Source: Candidatus Micrarchaeota archaeon
GTDB taxonomy: Archaea > Micrarchaeota > Micrarchaeia > Anstonellales > Bilamarchaeaceae
NCBI GenBank assembly: GCA_037440825.1
Contig: JBBITJ010000012.1
Location: forward strand, 1,170-15,621
Reading direction: 5' to 3'
DNA length: 14,452 nt
Positions 7,819-14,327 of the stretch are shown here, in pieces. The position numbers were made by a program, and so were the translations under genes. Below the pieces are notes generated by a model. It had not been told where the DNA came from and did not search any database. It saw nothing but the letters and a program-made list of their open reading frames with translations. The number at the start of each line of letters is the position of its first letter. Positions within the stretch are counted from its first letter, which is position 1.

Positions 7819-8322
7819 CTATTTCTTATGATGGCTGCCTATGTGCACCGCTGCGGCTCCGACGTTGAAATGCTTCTCGTAATCCATGACGGCCTTCGGA
7901 TGGTTGTGGTTGCCGTGCGAATGATGAGCATGGGCGTGAGCAGGGTGCAGTTGCAGCGGCTGCACCATATTCTTCTGGAACGTTTCGATGAGCTGCTTGG
8001 CCTTCTCCGCGACCGGCTTAGCGCTTACCTGCACGAACTGCCTGGACCTCTGGACTAGGTTCCAGATGTGACTTTCTATGTCGAAGCGCTTCTTCCTGTG
8101 CTTCATGGTCTTGTACCACTTGCTCTTGTATCCTGAAAAGTCTGTCTTCAGGTAGAATTTGTATCCCTTCAGTTTCGATTCCTCTAGCTCCACGGGAGCC
8201 GCGCTAGGCCGGGCATCAGCATGCTTGGGCTCGAAGCCGTGCCAGCCCCTGAACGGTTTCGGGTTCAGGGTTTGGGGGTTCGGACCCAACTCACGAGCAG
8301 TGAAACTGAGCTTTTGAACCAT
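7819..8322 (-). CDS. Hypothetical protein (about 167 aa) with a basic/aromatic core and His-rich C-terminus
   Basis: The ORF fills the gap between pdaD and the DHH gene. ATG 8322 lies about 23 nt downstream of a TTTAAA box (8345-8350). I recognise no family. Confidence 0.6.
   Translation of the reverse strand: MVQKLSFTARELGPNPQTLNPKPFRGWHGFEPKHADARPSAAPVELEESKLKGYKFYLKTDFSGYKSKWYKTMKHRKKRFDIESHIWNLVQRSRQFVQVSAKPVAEKAKQLIETFQKNMVQPLQLHPAHAHAHHSHGNHNHPKAVMDYEKHFNVGAAAVHIGSHHKK
8255..8287. repeat. 33-bp G/T-rich heptamer-unit element, copy 2 (inside the orphan ORF, encoding GPNPQTLNPKP)
   Basis: Exact match to 3462-3494 in the same orientation. Confidence 0.95.
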
Positions 8323-8360
8323 GGGGATCTTATTGAAAAATGCCTTTAAATACGTTTCTG

Positions 8361-8390
8361 TGGCCAGTTCGGCAAATGGCGAACTAGCCA
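8361..8390 (-). terminator. Stem-loop overlapping the stop codon of the DHH/GAN gene
   Basis: Minus strand TGGCTAGTTCG-CCATTTGC-CGAACTGGCCA forms an 11-bp stem with one U-G pair. Confidence 0.4.
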
Positions 8391-9700
8391 ATTTGCATCT
8401 CGATGTTTTCCTTGGCCGCGAGGAGGAATTCATTCAATTTCTCCTTCGGTACGCTCGCTCCGGCAGCGACCGCATGCCCCCCGCCTATTCCGCCAGCCTT
8501 ACCCGCGGCGTACGCGACCATCTGCCCCAGGTTTATGCCGCTACGTCTCCCTGCGCGCGAGGATACTTTAAGGTCTCCGGCCTCCCCGTACGAGACCCCG
8601 ATTATGGGCTTCTGGCTTCCCTGGAGCACTATTCCACACACTATCCCGATTATGCCCTCGTCTATGGCGCCCCTCGCGTCCAGGAAAAGGAAAGCGCCCA
8701 GATCCGTCACGTGCGCCTTGGCGTATTCCACCCCGTCCCGTATCATCCTCTTGTGCAACGCGATGAACGAGGACGCCTCTAGGTACGCAGCCTCGTCTCC
8801 CATGCACACAGCTATGCCCAGCTCAGGCTTTCCGTGCCTTCCGCACGCGTTGAGCACCGTGGAGAATTCGTTGGCGTCGTAGAGCGCGCTTCTCCTCGGC
8901 CTCTTCGGGAGGTCGTACACCTCCCCTATGATATCGTACCTCTTTCCGTGCGAAGACAGGATCTCGGCTATCCTAGAGACCAGCTTCCGCTTCTCCTCCG
9001 AATCGAGGTCTGCATACACCCTCCACTCCTCCCCTTTCCTGAGGCCTATTCCAAGGTCCTCGAGGAGCTTCTGCGCATGCTCCTCCTTGTATGAAATGCC
9101 GGGTATGAAAGGCTCGTCGCTGTACGCGAGGAACTGCACCAGGGGGCGCGAGTACCGCCCGTAAAATCTCATATCCAGGCTCTTGCGTATCTCCCCTGCC
9201 GCGATCCCTTCCTCCAGCATCTTCCTGTTCGCGCCTACGAGCGGGTATTGCATGTCCCCCAGCGCCCCAACGAGCCCCAAGTCCGCGTTCTTCCTGAACG
9301 TGAAATACGCGGTCCCCGCGGCGCTCAGCTCGCTTCCGCCATCAACTCCATGCATGAGGGGATTGATTTGCGGCTTTTCGGTTTTCAGTTTCCCGTTTTC
9401 CATTTTGCACTGGTGGTGGTCTATTATCAGCACATCCTTCAATTCCGAGACGCGCTCGTAGTTGCCCAAATCAACGAAAATAATCTCCTTTTCGTCCCTC
9501 ACCTTTTCGATTGCCGCATCATCCAGCTTCTTTATCGCGAGCATCCTGTGCGCCCTGCATTCGGAAGCGAACGCGCTTTTCACTATCGCCCCGGAACTCA
9601 GCCCGTCCGCGTCGTAGTGGTGCACTATGAGCGGATCCTTGAAGCTGAATGCTATCCTCTTCGCCTCAGCGGCGGCAGCGATGAATTCCTCGAAACCCAT
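8384..9700 (-). CDS. DHH-family RecJ-like nuclease (GAN / archaeal Cdc45 homologue)
   Basis: Motifs HHYDADGLSSG, FVDLG, IIDHH, GALGDMQ, EFSTVLNACGR and the DHHA1 motif GGIGGGHAVAAGA. It has the long archaeal/Cdc45-type insertion (RFYGRYSRPL...PFIPGI). Confidence 0.88.
   Translation of the reverse strand: MGFEEFIAAAAEAKRIAFSFKDPLIVHHYDADGLSSGAIVKSAFASECRAHRMLAIKKLDDAAIEKVRDEKEIIFVDLGNYERVSELKDVLIIDHHQCKMENGKLKTEKPQINPLMHGVDGGSELSAAGTAYFTFRKNADLGLVGALGDMQYPLVGANRKMLEEGIAAGEIRKSLDMRFYGRYSRPLVQFLAYSDEPFIPGISYKEEHAQKLLEDLGIGLRKGEEWRVYADLDSEEKRKLVSRIAEILSSHGKRYDIIGEVYDLPKRPRRSALYDANEFSTVLNACGRHGKPELGIAVCMGDEAAYLEASSFIALHKRMIRDGVEYAKAHVTDLGAFLFLDARGAIDEGIIGIVCGIVLQGSQKPIIGVSYGEAGDLKVSSRAGRRSGINLGQMVAYAAGKAGGIGGGHAVAAGASVPKEKLNEFLLAAKENIEMQIG
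9374..9408. repeat. Five degenerate heptamers inside the DHH gene
   Basis: CTTTTCG GTTTTCA GTTTCCC GTTTTCC ATTTTGC, encoding KMENGKLKTEK just after the DHH motif. Confidence 0.6.
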
Positions 9701-9717
9701 AACCGGGAACCCGAAAC
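9701..9717. repeat. Short inverted copy of the heptamer element filling the marC-DHH spacer
   Basis: The reverse complement GTTTCGGGTTCCCGGTT matches GTTTCGGGTTCAGGGTT of the 33-mer at 15 of 17 positions. Confidence 0.7.
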
Positions 9718-10295
9718 TATATCCTCAGCCCTGCCTTCATGTAAGACACGCCTATCGCAACCAGGAAAATTCCAGCCACTTTGGTAAGGGTCGAGATGGT
9801 CTGCGAGCCTGCGATTTCCCCTATCCTCCCTGCGTTGTCGAGCACGAGCCAGGACACGAACAGCGCGGCGGCAGTCGCGATCATCGGCACCCCGTAGCCG
9901 TCCTCCACGGACATGACTATGAGTGTGGTTATCAGTCCCGGGCCGGTGAGCATCGGAGTTGCGATAAGGGCCGTGACCGCATCCTTCTCCTCCTTTCCGT
10001 TCTTGGCCAGCTGGATGCCCAGCACGGTCTCTATGCCCAGCAGCGCGAGTATCATCCCGCCCGCTATCCTGAAAGAGTTTATGTCTATCCTGAGCATGTT
10101 CAGTATGCTGCCCCCTGCGAAAAGGAACGCGAACGCCGTGGCTCCTGCGATCAGCACCGCATCACGGGCGGCGTGCCTCGCTTCGCTCTCCTTGAATTTC
10201 TTCGTGAGCGTGAGGAATAGCGGCAGGCTGGCGAACGGGTCTATTATCACGAATATGTAGAAGAACGCTGAAACGAACGCCTCGAAATCTCCCAT
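9717..10295 (-). CDS. MarC family integral membrane protein
   Basis: Motifs FVIIDPFASLPLFLTLT, SFRIAGG.IL...G, IATPMLTGPG.IT and LTKVAGIFLVAIGV. Confidence 0.93.
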   Translation of the reverse strand: MGDFEAFVSAFFYIFVIIDPFASLPLFLTLTKKFKESEARHAARDAVLIAGATAFAFLFAGGSILNMLRIDINSFRIAGGMILALLGIETVLGIQLAKNGKEEKDAVTALIATPMLTGPGLITTLIVMSVEDGYGVPMIATAAALFVSWLVLDNAGRIGEIAGSQTISTLTKVAGIFLVAIGVSYMKAGLRI

Positions 10296-10338
10296 GCCTC
10301 CATTAGCCAGGCAAATTATTTAAACTCGAACTCGCCGC

Positions 10339-10950
10339 TCAGAATTTGAATTCCCCTGCGCCATTCCTCAATATCTTCTTCTCGACCAAGTCAACAACCG
10401 TGGACGCTTCCCCGAGCGCGGTTTTCCCTCCGTCTATCGCCAGCGCGACTTTTTTCAGCAGCGCCTTCTCCACCTCTCCGAACGAGGACGCATCGCCCCT
10501 GCCGCTGATGTTCGCGCTGGTCGCGGCTATAGGAGCGCCGAACGAGAGCACGAGCTTCCTGAGGAAGAAATGGTTGGGCACCCGCACCCCTATCCTGCCT
10601 GTTCCCGGTTCCGGGTTCCGCGTTCCGGTTATGCCAGCGAGTGTCTTGCCTTCCCTCAGCCTGACTATGAACGTGTACGGGCCTGGAAGGTGCTGCATGA
10701 TCACATCCGCCTGCTCGTGGTCAAGATCGCACCATTCGTCTATCATGCGGAAGCCGCTCATTATGACCGCGAGGGGCTTGCCGCGCTCGCGCCCCTTCAT
10801 CTTGTATATTTTTTCAATTACTTCGATCTTCCGTGCGTCCCCTCCCAGCCCATAGACAGTATCGGTCGGGAAAACCAGCACTCCGCCCTTCTTCAGTGCG
10901 GCGAGCCCCCTGCTGAGCGCCTTCTCGTATTCCTCCAAGCGGACTATCAT
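10339..10950 (-). CDS. tsaC: L-threonylcarbamoyladenylate synthase, single YrdC domain (TsaC/Sua5 family)
   Basis: Motifs GGVLVFPTDTVYGLG, IYKMKGR...KPL, PGPYTFI, IGVRVP, TSANISG and STVVD. There is no C-terminal SUA5 domain. Confidence 0.92.
   Translation of the reverse strand: MIVRLEEYEKALSRGLAALKKGGVLVFPTDTVYGLGGDARKIEVIEKIYKMKGRERGKPLAVIMSGFRMIDEWCDLDHEQADVIMQHLPGPYTFIVRLREGKTLAGITGTRNPEPGTGRIGVRVPNHFFLRKLVLSFGAPIAATSANISGRGDASSFGEVEKALLKKVALAIDGGKTALGEASTVVDLVEKKILRNGAGEFKF
10601..10628. repeat. Four tandem heptamers inside tsaC
   Basis: GTTCCCG GTTCCGG GTTCCGC GTTCCGG, encoding TGTRNPEPGT before IGVRVP. Confidence 0.85.
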
Positions 10951-10960
10951 CCTACCGCCT

Positions 10961-11389
10961 TCAGACCAGCTCCTGGCCCCTGAAGACTCTCTCGCAGTAC
11001 GCGCACCTGTACTGCGTCCCTTCCTTGAGGAATTCTTCGTGCCCGTGCTCGGAATTGGTTATGCAGTTCGGGTTCGGGCACTTGCCTATGCCCAGCCTTT
11101 CCGGAAGCTCGGCCGTAAACTTCCTGTCCACGCGCTCGTTCCTGATTATGTTGACCGTGGCGTGCGGCGCCACCAAAGCTATGAGGTTGGCCTTGCCCTT
11201 GTCAACTATTATGCCCTCTATCTTGACTATGTCTTTCTTGCCCATCTTCTTGCTCGGCACGTTTATCATGAGCGCGACGCGGTAAGCATAGCTGTCGTCC
11301 ACCCCAAGCAGGCTGAGCACCTTCTTGCCCATGCCGTTGGGTATGTGGTCTATCACCGTCCCGTTCAATATCTTCTCCACCGTGATCAT
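10961..11389 (-). CDS. pyrI: Aspartate carbamoyltransferase regulatory chain
   Basis: V.KI.NGTVIDHI, NVPSKKMGKKDIVKIEG, and zinc ligands CPNPNCIT...RCAYCE. Confidence 0.96.
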   Translation of the reverse strand: MITVEKILNGTVIDHIPNGMGKKVLSLLGVDDSYAYRVALMINVPSKKMGKKDIVKIEGIIVDKGKANLIALVAPHATVNIIRNERVDRKFTAELPERLGIGKCPNPNCITNSEHGHEEFLKEGTQYRCAYCERVFRGQELV

Positions 11390-11390
11390 G

Positions 11391-11720
11391 TCATCTCCTC
11401 CCGCCTTCGTTCGGAGAGTGTATGGGCGTGCTGACCAGCACGTGCATCTCCTTCTTCCCGAAGAGCGGCTTGCGTTCCCCGAATATCAGCGATCTGTTCC
11501 CGTTCAGCGGGATCATGTAGAGCGTGTCGCTTCCGGGCTTGAACATCCTGAAGAACTTCCTCTCTTCCGTCTGCGAGTCCATGTGGTTCACTATTTTGTG
11601 CCCGTTGAGCTGGAACTCGATCTTCCTTCCGTTCGCCTTGTATCCGAAGACCCTGTTTCCGCTGGCCTCCAGCTTCTGCAGAACCACCACTTCGAAGCCC
11701 AGCAGCCGCTGCGCCATCAT
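11391..11720 (-). CDS. Hypothetical protein (109 aa) between pyrB and pyrI
   Basis: ATGA overlap with the pyrB stop and a 1-nt gap to the pyrI start. Its 3' end carries GGAGGAG ahead of pyrI. Confidence 0.7.
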   Translation of the reverse strand: MMAQRLLGFEVVVLQKLEASGNRVFGYKANGRKIEFQLNGHKIVNHMDSQTEERKFFRMFKPGSDTLYMIPLNGNRSLIFGERKPLFGKKEMHVLVSTPIHSPNEGGRR

Positions 11721-12604
11721 TTTACACCCAGGCAGTGCTCTATGATCGCCATCCGCACCGGGACCGCGTTCGCGGCCTGCTGGAAGTACCTCGCGTGCGG
11801 ACTACTGTCCACGTCCGCCGCTATCTCGTCCAGCTTGGGGAGCGGGTGGAGCACTATCACGCTCTTCTTCGCGTCGTCCAGGTCCGCGAGCTCGAGCCTG
11901 AACTCCTCCTTCACCTTCTTCGCCTCGTACTTGTCCGCGAATCTCTCCTCCTGGACCCGCACCACGTATATCACGTCCGCGTCCATGAAGTTCGGCTCGC
12001 TCTTCCTGATGATCCTGGTCTTGAACTTCTCTTCAATTTCGTTCACGGTCTCGTCGTTCAGCTCCAGCCCTTTGGGAGCTATGAGCGTTACGTTCGCACC
12101 GAACATCGCGAGCCCGTAGAGCACCGAATGTATCGCGCGGGCGTGCTTGAGGTCGCCGAACAGGACCACTTTCAACCCGGCTATCTTCCCCTTCTCATTC
12201 CTGATCGTGTATAAATCTATTAGCGCCTGCGTGGGGTGCTCGTTCGAGCCGTCGCCCGCGTTTATCACAGGCTTCTGCGCCAGCTTCGCCGCCAGCCGCG
12301 CGCTCCCTTCCTTGGGGTGCCTCACTGCTATCACGTCCACGTAGTTGTCCAGCATCCTCACGGTGTCCGAGAACGTCTCGCCCTTGGCCAGCGAGCTGGT
12401 CTCCGGGTTGAAGTCCACTACCTTCATGCCGAGGCGCACCGCGGCGCTCTGGAACGACAGCTTGGTGCGGGTGCTCGGCTCGAAGAACGCGGTTCCTAAT
12501 ATGCCCTTCCTTTCCTTGAAATCGCCCTTCTCTATCTTCTCCGCTTTCTCAAAGATAGCCTCTATGGTCTTCTTATCCAATTCTCTCATTGAGATTATAT
12601 CCAT
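11717..12604 (-). CDS. pyrB: Aspartate carbamoyltransferase catalytic chain
   Basis: Motifs FFEPSTRT, SSLAKGET, INAGDG..EHPTQ, GDLKHAR, RVQEER and HPLP. The start is MDIISM at 12604, because the longer ORF runs through the tRNA. Confidence 0.97.
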   Translation of the reverse strand: MDIISMRELDKKTIEAIFEKAEKIEKGDFKERKGILGTAFFEPSTRTKLSFQSAAVRLGMKVVDFNPETSSLAKGETFSDTVRMLDNYVDVIAVRHPKEGSARLAAKLAQKPVINAGDGSNEHPTQALIDLYTIRNEKGKIAGLKVVLFGDLKHARAIHSVLYGLAMFGANVTLIAPKGLELNDETVNEIEEKFKTRIIRKSEPNFMDADVIYVVRVQEERFADKYEAKKVKEEFRLELADLDDAKKSVIVLHPLPKLDEIAADVDSSPHARYFQQAANAVPVRMAIIEHCLGVK

Positions 12605-12609
12605 GGTTA

Positions 12610-12639
12610 CCCTAACTTTTAGGGCTGGCCGAGTTAAAA
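12610..12639 (-). promoter_or_regulatory. pyrB promoter: TATA-like TTTTAA plus a downstream palindrome CCCTAA-N3-TTAGGG
   Basis: TTAAAA on + at 12634-12639, about 30 nt before the ATG, and a perfect 6-bp inverted repeat at 12610-12624. Confidence 0.45.
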
Positions 12640-12726
12640 TAGATTTGCTTTTGCCCTCCGCGCCCCTCGTGCTGATGTGCCCGTAGTCCAGAACGCGAAA
12701 CTGAAAAGCAGGGATGAATAAGGTTT

Positions 12727-12799
12727 TGGGCTCACACGGATTCGAACCGTGGATTTTCTGCGTGTAAGGCAGACGTCTTAACCGCTCGACTATGAGCCC
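12727..12799 (-). tRNA. tRNA-Val(TAC), intronless, CCA not encoded
   Basis: Reverse complement GGGCTCA TA GTCGAGCGGTTAAGAC G TCTGC CTTACAC GCAGA AAATC CACGG TTCGAAT CCGTG TGAGCCC A folds into a full cloverleaf with anticodon TAC. Confidence 0.97.
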
Positions 12800-12808
12800 T
12801 CCCATATC

Positions 12809-12944
12809 CAGTCTTCGACATTTCGAAGACTGTCTCCCGAAAACCGTCTGTTTTCAGGATCCTTTTCTTTTAGAAAAAGAAAATATGTCGTCTAATTGAC
12901 GACAATTCTTCGCGATACGCGAAGAAGGTCTGAGGGTTTCACCC
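12809..12944. repeat. Array of six consecutive inverted repeats (hairpins)
   Basis: Stems at 12809-12832 (10 bp), 12835-12859 (10 bp with G-U on the minus strand), 12863-12883 (9 bp), 12886-12904 (7 bp), 12906-12926 (9 bp) and 12934-12944 (4 bp). Confidence 0.9.
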
Positions 12945-12988
12945 AAAAAGAAAACTAATTTAGAATAAGGAACGGAGAGAATAAAAAT

Positions 12989-13546
12989 CTAGAATCCGCT
13001 TCCGCGCACCGAGAACGGCTGGAGGAAAAGGTAGTGCTTCTCCTTGCCCTCGAGCTCGTTTAGTATCCTGTGCACGAACAGTATCGCCGGATCGGGAATC
13101 GAGTGGATCCTCGTCTTGAGGTCCGCGAAATTCTCGAATGGCTTCTTCTCCCTCTCCGCGAGCAGGAATTCGAGGTGCTTCTTGCCCACTCCGGGAAGGA
13201 GCTCGAGCTGGTGCACCCTCATGGATATGGGCGCGGCCTTGTTCATGAACGCGATGAAATCCTGCTCCCTTTCCAGCACCAACGACTTGAGCACCATGGG
13301 CAGATTGTCCTTCGCGCTCTGGGTGAGCTGGCTGAATGCGAGCTTGCCCTTTATCCGCTCTATTTCGTTGCGCTGCTCCTTGCCTATGTAGACCTTCTGG
13401 CCTATGGAAACCTGCGCGGTGGGCTTGAGGCTGGCTTCCAGAAGCGTGAAGAACTGGTGACCCACCATCTGGACCAAAGGTTCCCTCCGCGAATCCGTAG
13501 CCTTGCCTCTCGGCAGGTACTCTATTATCCAGGCATGTTCCTCCAT
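12989..13546 (-). CDS. DUF655 family putative nucleic-acid-binding protein (HhH)
   Basis: Motifs EEHAWIIEYLPRG, FTLLE, VYIGK..R..I, F.N.A.PIS.R.HQLELLPGVGKK, KPFENF.DL..R and RI..EL....K..LF. It lies downstream of rpo4, the usual archaeal context. Confidence 0.92.
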   Translation of the reverse strand: MEEHAWIIEYLPRGKATDSRREPLVQMVGHQFFTLLEASLKPTAQVSIGQKVYIGKEQRNEIERIKGKLAFSQLTQSAKDNLPMVLKSLVLEREQDFIAFMNKAAPISMRVHQLELLPGVGKKHLEFLLAEREKKPFENFADLKTRIHSIPDPAILFVHRILNELEGKEKHYLFLQPFSVRGSGF

Positions 13547-13564
13547 CTTCCCACCAGAAAAAGT

Positions 13565-13882
13565 TTATCCGAAAAGTTTTATTATATCTTCCGCTTCCGC
13601 GTCGGTGAGGTCCACTTTGTCCTTCAGCGCAATCGTCTTCACCGTGGCTGCGCTCTTGGGAGCTATGTTCACGATTGTCACAGCAGTCTCGCGGGTGATC
13701 CTCTTGTTCTCCATGATCTTCTCCACGAGCTTCGCGGCTGTCTTGGCGTCCTGCTTGGCGAACTTCTCGCAGTAATCGAAAGCCTGCTTCTGCTCGTAGC
13801 CGAGCTCGCCTTCCTTCTCCCTCGCCTTGAGTATGTCCTTCACGCTCGCGAGCGTGAGGGGGCTGGATGAATTGACCTTCAT
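13565..13882 (-). CDS. rpo4: DNA-directed RNA polymerase subunit Rpo4 (RpoF)
   Basis: TLASVKDILKARE.EGELGYEQKQA.DY.EKFAK, A..IVNI.P, and the rpl21e-rpo4-DUF655 gene order. Confidence 0.93.
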   Translation of the reverse strand: MKVNSSSPLTLASVKDILKAREKEGELGYEQKQAFDYCEKFAKQDAKTAAKLVEKIMENKRITRETAVTIVNIAPKSAATVKTIALKDKVDLTDAEAEDIIKLFG

Positions 13883-13892
13883 GATGCCACCT

Positions 13893-14189
13893 CTATGCCG
13901 CCTTCTTGACCATCGCAGCCTTGGTTATGTGCACAGGGTTGACTATGAGCTCCTTGGCCTTGCCGCCGTCCATTATCTTCACGACGTATGCGTCGCCCTG
14001 CTTGCCCATCACTTCGCCGATCTTGCCGTTGTAGCGGGGGTGCGGAACTCCCTTGAAATAGGGCTTTATCGCGACCACTACGCACTCCCCCTTCTTGAAC
14101 GGCTTGACGAACTCGTTCACGGTGAGCTTCTTCTGCATCTTCGTCGCTTTCGTTCCTTTAGAGAAGAATCCCTTTGACCTTTTCACCAT
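13893..14189 (-). CDS. rpl21e: 50S ribosomal protein L21e
   Basis: MVKRSKG, FKKGECV.V.I.P..KGVPHPRYNGKIG.V.GKQG.AY.V.I.DGGK.K.LIVNPVHI. Confidence 0.97.
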   Translation of the reverse strand: MVKRSKGFFSKGTKATKMQKKLTVNEFVKPFKKGECVVVAIKPYFKGVPHPRYNGKIGEVMGKQGDAYVVKIMDGGKAKELIVNPVHITKAAMVKKAA

Positions 14190-14235
14190 AAGTATCTACC
14201 TCTGACCATTGATTTTGCATTTAATGAGGTATTCT

Positions 14236-14286
14236 ATTTTAATGGCAGGGCTTTATAAACATTACCTTGTTTAATTGTTTTTAAAT
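14236..14286. promoter_or_regulatory. Divergent promoter region between rpl21e and tbp
   Basis: AT-rich spacer with palindromic TTTATAAA at about 14252-14259 and TTTTAAAT at about 14279-14286. Confidence 0.5.
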
Positions 14287-14327
14287 GTGCAGCGCACCCA
14301 GTTCTCAAGGCGCCCTGCGGTGATTGC

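Noticed and set aside
11065..11080. GTTCGGGTTCGGG resembling the heptamer element
   Set aside because: It has period 6 and is explained by the conserved PyrI zinc motif CPNPNC.
12677..12700. GTGCCCGTAGTCCAG resembles a tRNA 5' end (possible split tRNA or att remnant)
   Set aside because: No complementary D-stem, anticodon arm or T arm follows, it does not match the adjacent tRNA-Val, and no integrase is nearby.
12605..12805. 67-aa N-terminal extension of PyrB in the ORF track
   Set aside because: It runs through the tRNA-Val gene and the promoter. ATCase similarity begins at MDIISM (12604).
12809..12944. Hairpin array as a CRISPR array
   Set aside because: The hairpins differ in sequence, there are no direct repeats with spacers, and there are no cas genes.
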